Source: Planctomycetota bacterium
GTDB taxonomy: Bacteria; Planctomycetota; PLA2; JAEUHO01
Assembly (NCBI GenBank): GCA_050248855.1
Contig: JBFWRP010000001.1
Span: 192,001 to 256,000 of the forward strand
Reading direction: 5' to 3'
DNA: 64,000 nucleotides
In this document: positions 12,640-22,605 of the stretch, in pieces
Position numbering within the stretch: position 1 is the stretch's first letter
Layout of the letters: each line of letters begins with the position of its first letter
Notes under the pieces: model-generated
Told to the model about the DNA's origin: nothing
What the model saw: the letters and a program-made list of their open reading frames with translations, nothing else
Database searches by the model: none
Position numbers and translations under genes: made by a program

Positions 12640-12834
12640 GTTGGCCGATGACGGGGCGCCCTCGGAGGCGGGGCCCGACAGGCTTGCGTGGACCATCGCG
12701 GCGGGCGTCCGCGACCTTGCCCTCCTTCTCTCGGCCCTCGCCATGCCGACGGTCAGCGGGCCCGATCGAGTCAGGCAGCCTGGGCTCGAACCCCTCCACA
12801 GGGGCAGGGCGTCGCGCGCGCCAGCGCGCGGCAC

Positions 12835-14514
12835 CTACCTCGGGTTCGACTCGACCTCGATCGGCAGGATCCAGAGCGGCGCCGCGCTCAAAGGGAGCGT
12901 GAGCGTCTGCTGGCGCGAGCGCACGTCGTTGCCCCAGGGGGCCTCGTCGGCGAGGGCGGTCGTCTCGATGCGGTAGCGACCGTCGGGAAGGGTCACGGCC
13001 ACGCCGGGCGCAGTGCCCGGCGCGCCGTCACCGGCCCAGTCCGCGTCGGCGTCGGCGAGAAGCACGCCGCACCACGCCCGCTCGGGCGCCGAGGGGTAGG
13101 TCAGCAGCACGAGATGCGCCGCGCCCGCAGCCGGTTGCTCGCGCACGCTGCGATGGCCCTCGAGATGGCGCACGAGCTGGCGCAACGCGTACCACATGGG
13201 GGTGCGCGCCCCGCCGTCGCCCTCGGGCTCCACCACGCCGCGTCGCGGGCAGCCGGTGGCATGCGCGGCGGCTTGCGCGTCGCTTGCGTCCAAGGCCGAC
13301 GCCACGTAGACGGCGTCCGCGCCGGCAGCGCGCGAGCGGAGCACGGTGCGGACGAGGTCGTACGCCTGACCGCGCCGCAACCACGCGAGCGCCGCGGCAT
13401 GATCCCCATGGCGCGGGTCGCGCGCCGCGCGCACCAGCAACCGCCGGCGATTGCGCTCGACCGGGTCGGGACTGGTCCCCACGGGAACGCGCGGCTCGCC
13501 GAGCTTCTCCTCGGGCCCCCCCACCAGCCAGACGGCCGCGTTGGTCGCGCCCCCCTCGTCCAGGCGGCGGCGCAGGTACCGCACGTTGGCGACATCGTCC
13601 TCCAGGTGCGCGGCACCTCGCTGCGGCAGGACATCGTAGATGCGCGGCAGGTCGAGCAGCTTGGCGAGCAGGTCGTGCGCTCGCTCGGCGACGAGCCGCG
13701 CCTGGCGCGGTGCTACCGGCCACGACGCTTCGGCGCGGCGGCGCCACTCGGCCACGTCCGGGTGCGGCGCGTGCCCCAGCCCCAGCACGTCGATCGTGGC
13801 CGCGACCACGCGGACCGACGAGTGGGCCTCGTGCGCCGCGATCCCCGCGGCGTGCAGGAGCCGCATGTACTGGTCCGCGCTCCCGAGCCACGACGTCGGG
13901 AGGTCCGCCCGATCGAGCACCTGCACATGACGCACGGGGCGTCGAAGCCCCGGCATGTCGTCGACGCCGTCGCCGTCGTAGCGTTCGACGACGGTCCGCA
14001 CGAAGCGCGCCCACGCGCTCCACTGGTCGCTACGCGGGGGCGTTGCGCCGACGGCCTCGCGCAAGGCCATGGCCACCTCGGCGGCGGGTAGCTCCTGGTG
14101 CAGCGTGCGCGCCCATGCGCTCTCTTCGCGCGCGACACCGGCCCACGGGTTCTCCGGGGTCAGCACGAGCACCGGGTCCAAGCCCGCCAGCTGCCACGTG
14201 AGGAACGCGTCGTCGAGCTCCTCGAAGCGGTAGCGGCGCACGCCCTCGCGCGGGGGCTCCGGCTCGAGCCGGGCCCAGGGCACGGGCGCGGTGATCACGC
14301 CGAGGCGTCCGAGGCCCGCGAGCGGCGCGACGCGGGCGGCGCGACGATGCCCGGGGTCCAGGGGATCCAGGCCCACGAGCCCGACCCACGGAGGGCCCTC
14401 CGGCTCGGAGGCCGTCGCCTCGCGACCCGCTCCCCCCAGCGACAGGGGCAGGGCGAGCACGAGGACCCGTACGGCGCCAGCCGCCCACGCCGAGCACGAG
14501 GATCGCCACCCCAT
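12835..14514 (-). CDS. Glycoside hydrolase clan A-like TIM-barrel protein, possibly inactive
   Basis: PWARLEPEP..YRFEELD, WARFVRTVVERYDGDGVDDMPGL and YMRLLHAAGIAAHEA resemble GH-A-like proteins; signal-like N-terminus. Confidence 0.6.
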   Translation of the reverse strand: MGWRSSCSAWAAGAVRVLVLALPLSLGGAGREATASEPEGPPWVGLVGLDPLDPGHRRAARVAPLAGLGRLGVITAPVPWARLEPEPPREGVRRYRFEELDDAFLTWQLAGLDPVLVLTPENPWAGVAREESAWARTLHQELPAAEVAMALREAVGATPPRSDQWSAWARFVRTVVERYDGDGVDDMPGLRRPVRHVQVLDRADLPTSWLGSADQYMRLLHAAGIAAHEAHSSVRVVAATIDVLGLGHAPHPDVAEWRRRAEASWPVAPRQARLVAERAHDLLAKLLDLPRIYDVLPQRGAAHLEDDVANVRYLRRRLDEGGATNAAVWLVGGPEEKLGEPRVPVGTSPDPVERNRRRLLVRAARDPRHGDHAAALAWLRRGQAYDLVRTVLRSRAAGADAVYVASALDASDAQAAAHATGCPRRGVVEPEGDGGARTPMWYALRQLVRHLEGHRSVREQPAAGAAHLVLLTYPSAPERAWCGVLLADADADWAGDGAPGTAPGVAVTLPDGRYRIETTALADEAPWGNDVRSRQQTLTLPLSAAPLWILPIEVESNPR

Positions 14515-14626
14515 GCACGGAGGATACGGCGTGGGGCGGCTTGGACCGCGCCTTCCGTGGCCTCACGCGCGCGGCGTCCCCCTCGGGTGCCACCATGCGC
14601 ATCCCCCACGAGGACGACTCCCGGTC

Positions 14627-15661
14627 ATGGCCCGCGACCCCCGCCGCGTCGACGTCCAGGCGATCCGCCACCCACGCGGCTGCCGCTCGTACGTGGTGGT
14701 GGACCCGCGCTCGCACGAGGCAGCGGTCGTCGACCCGCTCCTCGAGCACTTGCGGGAGACGCTCGAGGCCCTCGCCGCGCGCAAGGCCAAGCTGCGCTGG
14801 ATCGTCGAGTCCCACGCCCATGGCGACCACCTGAGCGGGGCCACCGCCTTGGCCAAGCGGACCGGCGCGGCCGTCGTGGCCCACCCCGAGCACCCGTTCA
14901 CGGGCGTCACGGTGCGCGCCGCCGACGGCGAGATCCTCGCGCTCGGCGAGAAGTCGTTGGTGGTGCGCCACGCGCCCGGCATCACCGGCGATGCCCTCGT
15001 CCTGGAGGCGCCGGGCGCGGTGTTCACCGGAGACGTCTTGCTGATTGGCAGCGTGGGCCTACGCGATGCGCCGGGCAGCGATGCCAACGCCTGGTTCGAC
15101 ACGCTGCACAGCCTGTTCGACGGCCGCGACGAGAACACGGTCCTGCACCCCGGCCACGACGACATGGGGCGGATCATGACCACCGTCCGCGCGGAGCGCA
15201 CGGGCAACCGCTGGCTGCGCGAGAACGATCGCGACGCCTTCCTCGACCTGTACGCGGGCGACGACCGGCCGACCTGCCCCGAATCGACGCGCATCCTCGA
15301 GCTCAACCGCGAGGGCACCGAGCGCGTCGACCGGGACCTGGCCGCGGTCGGTGGGTACTTGAGCCCCGTCGAGCGCACCGAGGCCGATCTCCGCGAGCGC
15401 AACCAGCCCCTGGCGCCGGAGCCCGACGAGGCCCGGGTCCCCGCAGCGGGCCCGGGCGGCTACCTCCTGGGCGGCACGCTGGCGGCGGGGGGCACGGTCC
15501 TCGGCTGGTGGGTGCACCCGGGCCTACATGCCCTCTCGTTGGCGGCCGGCGTCCTGCTGCTTGGCCTGGGCCTACGCAGCCTGGAAGCCCGCCACCGCCG
15601 CCGCGCACGCGCCCGCGAGGAGCTCCACTACCTGGGAGCCCCCGGCGGCGACGCAGCGTAG
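14627..15661 (+). CDS. MBL-fold hydrolase (persulfide dioxygenase-like) with C-terminal DUF2892/YgaP-like membrane segment
   Basis: GCRSYVV, ESHAHGDHLSG, FTGDVLLIGSVG and LHPGHD; C-terminal hydrophobic hairpin LGWWVHP. Confidence 0.8.
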   Translation: MARDPRRVDVQAIRHPRGCRSYVVVDPRSHEAAVVDPLLEHLRETLEALAARKAKLRWIVESHAHGDHLSGATALAKRTGAAVVAHPEHPFTGVTVRAADGEILALGEKSLVVRHAPGITGDALVLEAPGAVFTGDVLLIGSVGLRDAPGSDANAWFDTLHSLFDGRDENTVLHPGHDDMGRIMTTVRAERTGNRWLRENDRDAFLDLYAGDDRPTCPESTRILELNREGTERVDRDLAAVGGYLSPVERTEADLRERNQPLAPEPDEARVPAAGPGGYLLGGTLAAGGTVLGWWVHPGLHALSLAAGVLLLGLGLRSLEARHRRRARAREELHYLGAPGGDAA

Positions 15662-15688
15662 GCGCGTCCGCCTCGGTAGGCTGCTCGC

Positions 15689-16963
15689 ATGGTGAGCCCC
15701 GAGCCCGACGACGACCTTCCTCCCGACGCCGACGACGTCGGCCCCGATGACGACGCGCTCGCGCGAGAGATCGAAGAGGCCCTGGGCGGCCAGACCGTCG
15801 CCGAGCTCGCCGGGCTTTCCCGCGATGCCGCGGACGCGATGGATCGCGCCCCGCTCCCCCCCACGCAGGACGTGCGCGAAGGCGCCAAGGCGCGCGCCGT
15901 GGTCGCGGGCGTCAGCGGCGACGACGTGTTCCTGGAGTTCGGCTTGCGCCAGCAAGGCGTCGTGCCGCGCGCGCAGTTCGCCGCCGCGCCCGAGGTCGGG
16001 GACACCATCGAGGTGCACGTCGTCGAGCACGACCCCAAGGAGGATCTGTGGATCTGCGCCGCGCGGCCGCAGGTCCGCGGTGCCGGGGAACGCCTCTCCG
16101 TCGGCGACGTCGTCAAGGGCACCGTGCGCCAGGTCAACGCGGGTGGCCTCGAGCTCCAGGTCGGTCTCCAGTCCGCGTTCCTGCCCGTTTCGCACATCGA
16201 GCTCGAGCGCGTCGAGGACATGGAGCCGTACCTGGGCCGTGTGCTCGATGTCGAGGTGATCGAGAGCGACCCCGAGCGCCGCCGCCTCGTCGTCTCCCGC
16301 CGCGGCGTGCTGCAGCGCGAGCGCGACGAGCGTCGCCGCGGCGCCGTGGCCGGCCTTTCCGTTGGCGCTCGCCTGACGGGCCCCGTCACGCGGGTCGAGA
16401 CCTTCGGCGCCTTCGTGGACCTCGGCGGCGTCGAGGGCCTCGTCCATGTCAGCGAGCTGGCGCACAAGCGCGTCGAGCGTGCGGCCGACGTGGTGCAGGT
16501 CGGCGAGATCCTCGAGGTCGAGATCGTCGGCATCGAGGAGGATGGCCGCCGCATCCGCCTCTCGCGCCGCGCGCTGCAGCAGGATCCCTACAGTCGCTTC
16601 CTGGCCGCCCACCCGGTGGGCAGCCAGGTCGAGGGAAAGGTGACGCGCATCGCGACCTATGGCGCCTTCCTGGAGGTCGGGGAAGACGTCGAGGGCCTCG
16701 CCCACATCAGCCAGCTCGCTCCCGGGGGTGTGGGAAGCGTGAAGGAAGTGCTCAAGATCGGGCAAACCGTCACGGTCCGCGTCGCCTCCATCGAGCCCGA
16801 GCGGCGGCGCATCGGCCTGTCCCTGCTGACGGAGCGCGGCGACCGCCTGACCGACGACGTGGCCGACGACGCCACGATCCGCCAGTACGCCAAGGGGGGG
16901 CGCGACGGCGACGCCGAGCCGACCCTCGGTGACCTCTTGCGCCGTGCGCTGGAGGGCAAGTAG
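15689..16963 (+). CDS. Multi-S1 RNA-binding protein (ribosomal protein S1-like, four S1 domains)
   Basis: Repeated S1 motifs: FGAFVDLGGVEGLVHVSEL, YGAFLEVGEDVEGLAHISQL, AFLPVSHI. Confidence 0.88.
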   Translation: MVSPEPDDDLPPDADDVGPDDDALAREIEEALGGQTVAELAGLSRDAADAMDRAPLPPTQDVREGAKARAVVAGVSGDDVFLEFGLRQQGVVPRAQFAAAPEVGDTIEVHVVEHDPKEDLWICAARPQVRGAGERLSVGDVVKGTVRQVNAGGLELQVGLQSAFLPVSHIELERVEDMEPYLGRVLDVEVIESDPERRRLVVSRRGVLQRERDERRRGAVAGLSVGARLTGPVTRVETFGAFVDLGGVEGLVHVSELAHKRVERAADVVQVGEILEVEIVGIEEDGRRIRLSRRALQQDPYSRFLAAHPVGSQVEGKVTRIATYGAFLEVGEDVEGLAHISQLAPGGVGSVKEVLKIGQTVTVRVASIEPERRRIGLSLLTERGDRLTDDVADDATIRQYAKGGRDGDAEPTLGDLLRRALEGK

Positions 16964-17004
16964 GAAGCGATCCACGCGGCCCGTGGATTGCACGGGGAGG
17001 ACCG

Positions 17005-17601
17005 ATGCCCTCGCACGCATCCGCACGCTGCCGGCTCCTGGGGCTCGCCTTCGCGGCGCTCGCGGCAGCCGGCTGCGGCGGCGGGACCTCGGTCTACACG
17101 GGTCCGATCGGTGACGAGGTGCCGGGGCTGACGGGCCCCGACCGGGTCACGTTCGAGACCTTCGAACAGAGCACGAGCCCGGAGATCCAGCCTCTGGAGC
17201 TGGCCCCCGGCATCGTGGCCACCAGCGAGGCCAACATCTACGTGGCCGGCGAGCCGGCCAGCTGGGGCCTCGGCCCCTGTGTCGCGCGTCCGACGTCCGG
17301 CCGCAACCTCCTCGGCGCCAACGGTGTAGGTGCGGTTTTGCACATCGCCTTCGATCCGCCCGTCGCCCGCGTGGACCTGCAGGTCTCGGCGCTGGAGGAC
17401 TCGCAGGTCACCCTGGAGGCCCTGGACGTCAACGGCCAGGCCTTGGAGACCGCCCAACAGCTGGTCGGCCCCTGCCCCGTGGCTCCCGGGCGGGTCACGC
17501 TGGCGCCGCCGGTCCAGGAGGACGTCATCCACGCCATCCGCCTGATCGGGTCGTTCCTGGCCATCGACGACTTGCGCACCTGGCGCGACGCGACGCCGTA
17601 G
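17005..17601 (+). CDS. Hypothetical lipoprotein
   Basis: GGAGG RBS; LAAAGC lipobox; coding-like codon use. Confidence 0.7.
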   Translation: MPSHASARCRLLGLAFAALAAAGCGGGTSVYTGPIGDEVPGLTGPDRVTFETFEQSTSPEIQPLELAPGIVATSEANIYVAGEPASWGLGPCVARPTSGRNLLGANGVGAVLHIAFDPPVARVDLQVSALEDSQVTLEALDVNGQALETAQQLVGPCPVAPGRVTLAPPVQEDVIHAIRLIGSFLAIDDLRTWRDATP

Positions 17602-17617
17602 CGCACACCCCCGGCGA

Positions 17618-18970
17618 CTACGAGGTGCCCGACGGGCGCGCCGTCGCCGCGGCGATCGCGTCGAGCAAGTCGCGGTCGATGACCTCTTCCGCCGCGGCCG
17701 GGGCCCCGTAGCGGGATCTCGTGAACAGGTCGAGGGCGCGCGCCGTGCGCTCCGCGAGCGACGGGGCAAGTCCGGCGGCCTCCAGACGTGCGCGCACGTC
17801 GTCGCCCACGAGCGATGCGGGACGGGCACCCACGCGCTGGGCCACCCACTCCGTGAACCGCTCGCCCACGTCGGGCCTGCGCTGCTCGAGCGCCGCGAGC
17901 AGCGCCTGCCACGCGAGCGGCGGCGTGGGCGTACCCGGCGCGCGGCGTCGCCGGGAACGGACTACCACGAAGCCGACGACCGCGGCGAGCAGCGCCGCGA
18001 GCCCCGTCCCGAGCGCGAGCGCAAGGGTCGGGGTTCCGCGCGGCGGGGAGCTGCCGCGCCGCATGCGATACGCCTCGGGCAACGGAAGTGCGTCGGAGCG
18101 GGCCGTGAGGTACTCGCGCGTCTCGGGGTCGTAGCTCGCAAGCTCGAAGGGGTCCAGCGCGGTGCGGCCCGGCTCGGTGGCCACGAGGTCGTAGGCCACG
18201 ACCCGCTCGCCCGCGTCCATGCGGTCGGTCCTGCCCAGCACGTGGAAGCCCGACACGCCACCGTGGCCGGGGGGCGTGAGCAGCTCGAGATTGCCCGAGC
18301 CGGACACGCGTACGGTGACGCGCACGATGCGCTCCGCAGCTGGTGCCAGGGGCTCGAGCCGTGCCGTGATCCGGAAACGCCCGATGGCGTCCACCCACCC
18401 CGGAGGCCGCCCCTCCCGAGGTGGTTCCCGGACCTCCAGCCGCACCTCCTCGCCGGTCACGTCGTGCTCGACGACTTCCCCGGGCACACGCGTGCCGAGC
18501 AGGCTCTCGCTCCAGTCCTTGCCGGCGCGCAAGACCAGCTGCGGAGCCCGGAGCGTGTAGGCACCCGGCTCGCTGACGCGCCACGCCCTGTGCACGGTGA
18601 TCGTGTCGTAGGTGCGCCCGGCACGCATCGTCCGTTCGCGGACCCCGTGCACGACGTTCCCGTCGAGGACGAAGCGTGCGTGGCCCGTCGTGCTCGCGGG
18701 CACCGGGTGGGCCCCGGCCGGCAGGTCGGCTCCGAACGTGACGCGGACGGGGAGGTCCAAGGGACGCGAGACGTCGGGCACGAGCCAGGACGGCCACGAG
18801 GCGTCGAGGCCGACGCGCAGCACGTGTTCCACGCGCTCGCCGCACACGACCTCCTGGGGGTGCAGCTCCTGCTCCACGAACGCGTGCACGACGCGCTCGT
18901 CCGCGGCCGCCGGCTGCGCGGCGGCACCGAGCAGCAGCAGGGCGCCGACGAGGTGGCATGCGCCCCTCAC
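17618..18970 (-). CDS. batD: BatD-like protein (signal peptide, Ig-like domains, C-terminal TM)
   Basis: AIGRFRI, VSGSGNL and SYDPETREY motifs; last gene of the MoxR-VWA operon; GTGA overlap. Confidence 0.65.
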   Translation of the reverse strand: MRGACHLVGALLLLGAAAQPAAADERVVHAFVEQELHPQEVVCGERVEHVLRVGLDASWPSWLVPDVSRPLDLPVRVTFGADLPAGAHPVPASTTGHARFVLDGNVVHGVRERTMRAGRTYDTITVHRAWRVSEPGAYTLRAPQLVLRAGKDWSESLLGTRVPGEVVEHDVTGEEVRLEVREPPREGRPPGWVDAIGRFRITARLEPLAPAAERIVRVTVRVSGSGNLELLTPPGHGGVSGFHVLGRTDRMDAGERVVAYDLVATEPGRTALDPFELASYDPETREYLTARSDALPLPEAYRMRRGSSPPRGTPTLALALGTGLAALLAAVVGFVVVRSRRRRAPGTPTPPLAWQALLAALEQRRPDVGERFTEWVAQRVGARPASLVGDDVRARLEAAGLAPSLAERTARALDLFTRSRYGAPAAAEEVIDRDLLDAIAAATARPSGTS

Positions 18971-19701
18971 CAGTCGCGCTCCACCTGGGCACCCTGGCGT
19001 GCGCGCTCCTTGGCCCGCAGCGCGGCCTTCTCGGCCTCCTTGGCGGCCAAGACCTCGGACAACCGTGCGAGGTCTTCCTCGGTCAAGGCCGTCGCCGCAG
19101 CCCCCGGGAGCTCCGCGTCCTCGGCGCGCGGCGCCGCCTCGGGGGGCGCCGCGGGGGTCGGACGTGGCAGGGGCCTGGGGCGCGGGCGTGCGTTGCCCGC
19201 CTTGCGCTCGCGCAGGCGCTCGAGCAGGTGCAGGGCGCGCTCGACGTTGCGCGCCGACGGTCCGTCCCCCTCCTCCCACGCCGCGCGGGACCACGCGGCG
19301 AGCGCTTCCTCGACCGAGGCGACGCGCTGCTCCCGGGCCACGATGTCGTCGGACGGCGCACCGGCAAGCGCTTGGCCGCGCTCCCACGCCAGACGCGCGC
19401 GAAGCGCCGCGGCCGCAGCACCCGCGACGCGCTCGCCGGTCACCTCGGCGCGCGCCTCCGCGCGGGCGGCCAGCTCTCCCGCGAGCCTCGCCTCGCCACG
19501 GCGCCACGCCGTCCACGCGGCGTCGTAGCACAGCGCGGCCGAGGCCTGCTCGCCGCGTCGTGCGAGCGCGTCGTGGAAGCGCACGTGCGCGGTGTCCAGA
19601 TCGCCGCGCGTCCAGGCGGCACGACCCGGTTCGGTCGCATCCTCGCAGCCCGCGAGCAGCGCGATGACGCCAAGGAGCGCGAGCAACAGGACGCGGTTCA
19701 T
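18967..19701 (-). CDS. batC: BatC-like helical/TPR lipoprotein
   Basis: LLAGC lipobox, ARNVERAL, C-terminal VERDW typical of BatC; position in the operon. Confidence 0.65.
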   Translation of the reverse strand: MNRVLLLALLGVIALLAGCEDATEPGRAAWTRGDLDTAHVRFHDALARRGEQASAALCYDAAWTAWRRGEARLAGELAARAEARAEVTGERVAGAAAAALRARLAWERGQALAGAPSDDIVAREQRVASVEEALAAWSRAAWEEGDGPSARNVERALHLLERLRERKAGNARPRPRPLPRPTPAAPPEAAPRAEDAELPGAAATALTEEDLARLSEVLAAKEAEKAALRAKERARQGAQVERDW

Positions 19702-20690
19702 CGGCCCGCCCTTCCGGCCCCCGCCAGCAGCCAGAGCCCGCCGAAGCAGGCCAGGACCAGGAGCAACCGCCACGCCTCGCCCGGCTCGTCCTGGGCGTCG
19801 GCCCGTTCGACGCGCCGTGCGCGCACGTCCAGCTCGTCACGGCGCAGGTCCAGCAAGACGCCTTCGGGCGTGCCGGCGTCGATCGCGCGTGCCGTGCCGC
19901 CCGTGGCCCCGGCCAGGGCCTCAAGGGCCGCGAAGCTGGCGCGCGACAGCACGTCGCGACCCGCGGCGTCCTTCACGAACCCGCCGGCCCCGTCGGGGAT
20001 CCGTGCCCCCTGGGCACTGCCGAGGGCGAACGCGTGCACGCGCACGCCGCCCGCCGCCAGCTCGCGCGCCGCGTCCAGCGCGTGGTCGCCGAGGTCCTCG
20101 CCGTCGGTCAGGAGCACCAGCGCGGCCTCGGCGTGTGCGCGCGTGGCCAGGGCCGCCGCCGCGGCCCGCAACACGGTGGCGATGCGCGTCCCGCCCACGG
20201 GGACCGACGTGGGGTCGGCTTCCAGGGCCCGCCGCGCCAGCGTGTCGCCGTCGCGCGTCAGGGGCACGAGCAGGCGCGCCTCGCCGGCGAACGCCAGCAA
20301 CGCGGCACGGTGGCTTCCGAGCTCGGCGCCGAGCGCCGCGATCTCCGCCTGCGCTCGTCCCAGCCGATCCGGCGCCACGTCCTGGGCCCGCATGCTCCGC
20401 GACACGTCCAGCGCCACGACGAGGTCCAAGCCGACGGTCGTGGTGGCGGTCTCATCGCCCGCCCGCGGACCGGCGCCCGCCAGCAGGGCCGCGCTCGTGG
20501 CCAGCGCGGCCACGGTCGCCACGCGGCGCGCGCGCGCACGAGGCAGCACGCCGCCTCGGCGCACCCCGAACAGCTCGCCGCGTCGACGCGCCTCACGACG
20601 CCGCGCGACGAACACGACGCCGGCGACGACCGGCGCGAGCGCCAGCCAGGGCAGCCAGTGCGGCCGTACGACGAGGTCCAGCACGTTCAC
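19698..20690 (-). CDS. batB: VWA domain membrane protein, BatB-like
   Basis: MIDAS LDVSRSM..DVAPDRL, FAGEA..PLT.D and LLTDGED. Confidence 0.8.
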   Translation of the reverse strand: MNVLDLVVRPHWLPWLALAPVVAGVVFVARRREARRRGELFGVRRGGVLPRARARRVATVAALATSAALLAGAGPRAGDETATTTVGLDLVVALDVSRSMRAQDVAPDRLGRAQAEIAALGAELGSHRAALLAFAGEARLLVPLTRDGDTLARRALEADPTSVPVGGTRIATVLRAAAAALATRAHAEAALVLLTDGEDLGDHALDAARELAAGGVRVHAFALGSAQGARIPDGAGGFVKDAAGRDVLSRASFAALEALAGATGGTARAIDAGTPEGVLLDLRRDELDVRARRVERADAQDEPGEAWRLLLVLACFGGLWLLAGAGRAGR

Positions 20691-21676
20691 GGTCGCACCG
20701 CCAGGACGCTGCTGCCCAGCAGGGCGGCAAGCAGGAACAGGACCAGGGCCACGCCGATGACGACCGCGTGCAGGGGACGCCAGCGCTCGCGACGCTCGAT
20801 GCGGTCCGACCGCGTCAGGTCGTCGATGCGTTGCCAAGCCGCTTCCACGGCCTCGGCATCTTCCGCGGCGTGCACCTCGCCGCCGGTGGCACGCACGGCG
20901 TCGAACCAGGCGGCCGAGCGCGCCGCGGCCTCGGCGGAGGGGGTCGCGCCCACCGTCACCACGTGCACCACCACACCCTGGGCCCGCGCCCACTGCGTGG
21001 CGTGCAACGGGTCGATCTCCCCCGGCCGGCCCGTACGCGCGACGTTCTCCTCGCCGTCGGTCAGCAAGACGGCCACGCGCCGCTCGCCCGGGACGGTCGG
21101 CGACAAGACGTCCACGAGACGCGCCAGCGCCGTGCCGATCCCCGTGGCGTCCTCGGGGCCATCGGCCGCGACGGGCTGGATGGCGTCGAGCCACGAGAGC
21201 AAGGCGTCGTGATCGGTCGTCGGCGGCGCCAACAGGTCCGGGTAGCGGGCGAACACGAGCAGCCCGATGCGATCGCGCGGTCGTGCCGCCACGAAGGCAC
21301 GGGCCGCGTCCCGCGCCACGTCGAGCCGCATGCGCTCGCGGTCGAGGTCGCGCGCGCGCATCGACGAGGAGACGTCCAAGGCCAGGCCCAGGTCCGCCGC
21401 GGGCATCGGCTCCGCGTCCGCGTACGAAACGCGTGGGCCCGCCAGCGCGAAGACGCCCAAGGCCAAGGCGACGGTGCCGAGCACGGCGGGCAGTGCCACG
21501 ACGTGGGAACGGGTCGATCGCGGCAGCGGCCCCGCCGCCTCGATGGCGTGCAGCGGGGCCAGGCTTCGTGCACGAACACGCGCCCGACGACGCTGCCACG
21601 CCGCCATGGCCACGGCCAGCCAGCCGAGCAGCCAGAGCGGCTGTTCCAGCACCACCTGGGCCACGACGACGCTCAC
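20687..21676 (-). CDS. batA: VWA domain membrane protein, BatA-like
   Basis: LDVSSSM, DRIGLLVFA..PPTTDH, TGIGTAL and LLTDGEEN. Confidence 0.8.
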   Translation of the reverse strand: MSVVVAQVVLEQPLWLLGWLAVAMAAWQRRRARVRARSLAPLHAIEAAGPLPRSTRSHVVALPAVLGTVALALGVFALAGPRVSYADAEPMPAADLGLALDVSSSMRARDLDRERMRLDVARDAARAFVAARPRDRIGLLVFARYPDLLAPPTTDHDALLSWLDAIQPVAADGPEDATGIGTALARLVDVLSPTVPGERRVAVLLTDGEENVARTGRPGEIDPLHATQWARAQGVVVHVVTVGATPSAEAAARSAAWFDAVRATGGEVHAAEDAEAVEAAWQRIDDLTRSDRIERRERWRPLHAVVIGVALVLFLLAALLGSSVLAVRP

Positions 21677-22605
21677 GGCGCCTCCGGGTGCAGCAAGCCG
21701 ACGAGGTGGGCGGTGGTCGCGAGCGCCACCTCCGTCGACGTGGGGCCCGGCCGATGCGCCCCGTACTTCACGCGATCGGCGAGACCCACGAGGGCGCCGG
21801 CCCGGGCCATCGTGTCCGAAGCCGCGCGGTCGCCGAGGGCCTCTTCGAGCCCACGCAGCAAGCGGTTCGTCGCCAGCGTGCGGGCGTCCACGCCGCGTGC
21901 CGCGCCGAGGGCCGCACGAAACACGTCGGAGGCCGCGACGACCTGCGACGCACGCGTGGACGCATCGGACGGGTGGGCGGGGCCGAGTGCGGCGAGGTGG
22001 GCGGACCACGTGGGTGCCGAGGGGCTCGGGTCCGGTCCAGTGGGCAGCGCATCGTCGATCACCGAGCGTCGGCGACGGAGCATGAGGGCCACGACCAGCA
22101 GCGCAAGCAGGGCGCCGAGGCCTGCCGGCAGCGCCCACGGTAGGCGTCGTGCGGGCTCGGCGAGCGGAGCGGGCGGCCCTTCCACGTCGAGGTCGCGCGG
22201 ATCCACGCGCGTGGCCACGCGCACGTCGAGCACGTCCCCACGCACCGCACGCAGCACCCCGCCACCCGGTTGCGCGACGCGTAGCGTTGCGGCCGGCACG
22301 CGCAGGTCGTCCAGCGCCAGCGCCTGGGCCTCGAAGCGTCGTGTCTCGCGGATGCGTCCGTGGGCCTCCTCCCGCGAGACGTTGACGACACGCGCGACGA
22401 GCGGCGTCAGGTCGGACGCCTCGAACGAGGACGGCCCCGTGCCCTCGGGCCACGTCCGCTCGACCACGACCTCGAACGGCACGCCGGGCGCAACCACGTC
22501 GGGGTCCAGCGTCAGACGGAGGTCCATGTCGGGCCCGCCAAGCGGCCGCTCGCCGCACGCCGCCATGACGCACGCGGCCACCGTCAGCAGCAGCACCCTT
22601 CTCAT
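21673..22605 (-). CDS. Bat-operon membrane-anchored protein
   Basis: Lipoprotein-like signal, internal TM helix, ADRVKYG motif; lies between DUF58 and batA with 4-nt overlaps. Confidence 0.7.
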   Translation of the reverse strand: MRRVLLLTVAACVMAACGERPLGGPDMDLRLTLDPDVVAPGVPFEVVVERTWPEGTGPSSFEASDLTPLVARVVNVSREEAHGRIRETRRFEAQALALDDLRVPAATLRVAQPGGGVLRAVRGDVLDVRVATRVDPRDLDVEGPPAPLAEPARRLPWALPAGLGALLALLVVALMLRRRRSVIDDALPTGPDPSPSAPTWSAHLAALGPAHPSDASTRASQVVAASDVFRAALGAARGVDARTLATNRLLRGLEEALGDRAASDTMARAGALVGLADRVKYGAHRPGPTSTEVALATTAHLVGLLHPEAP

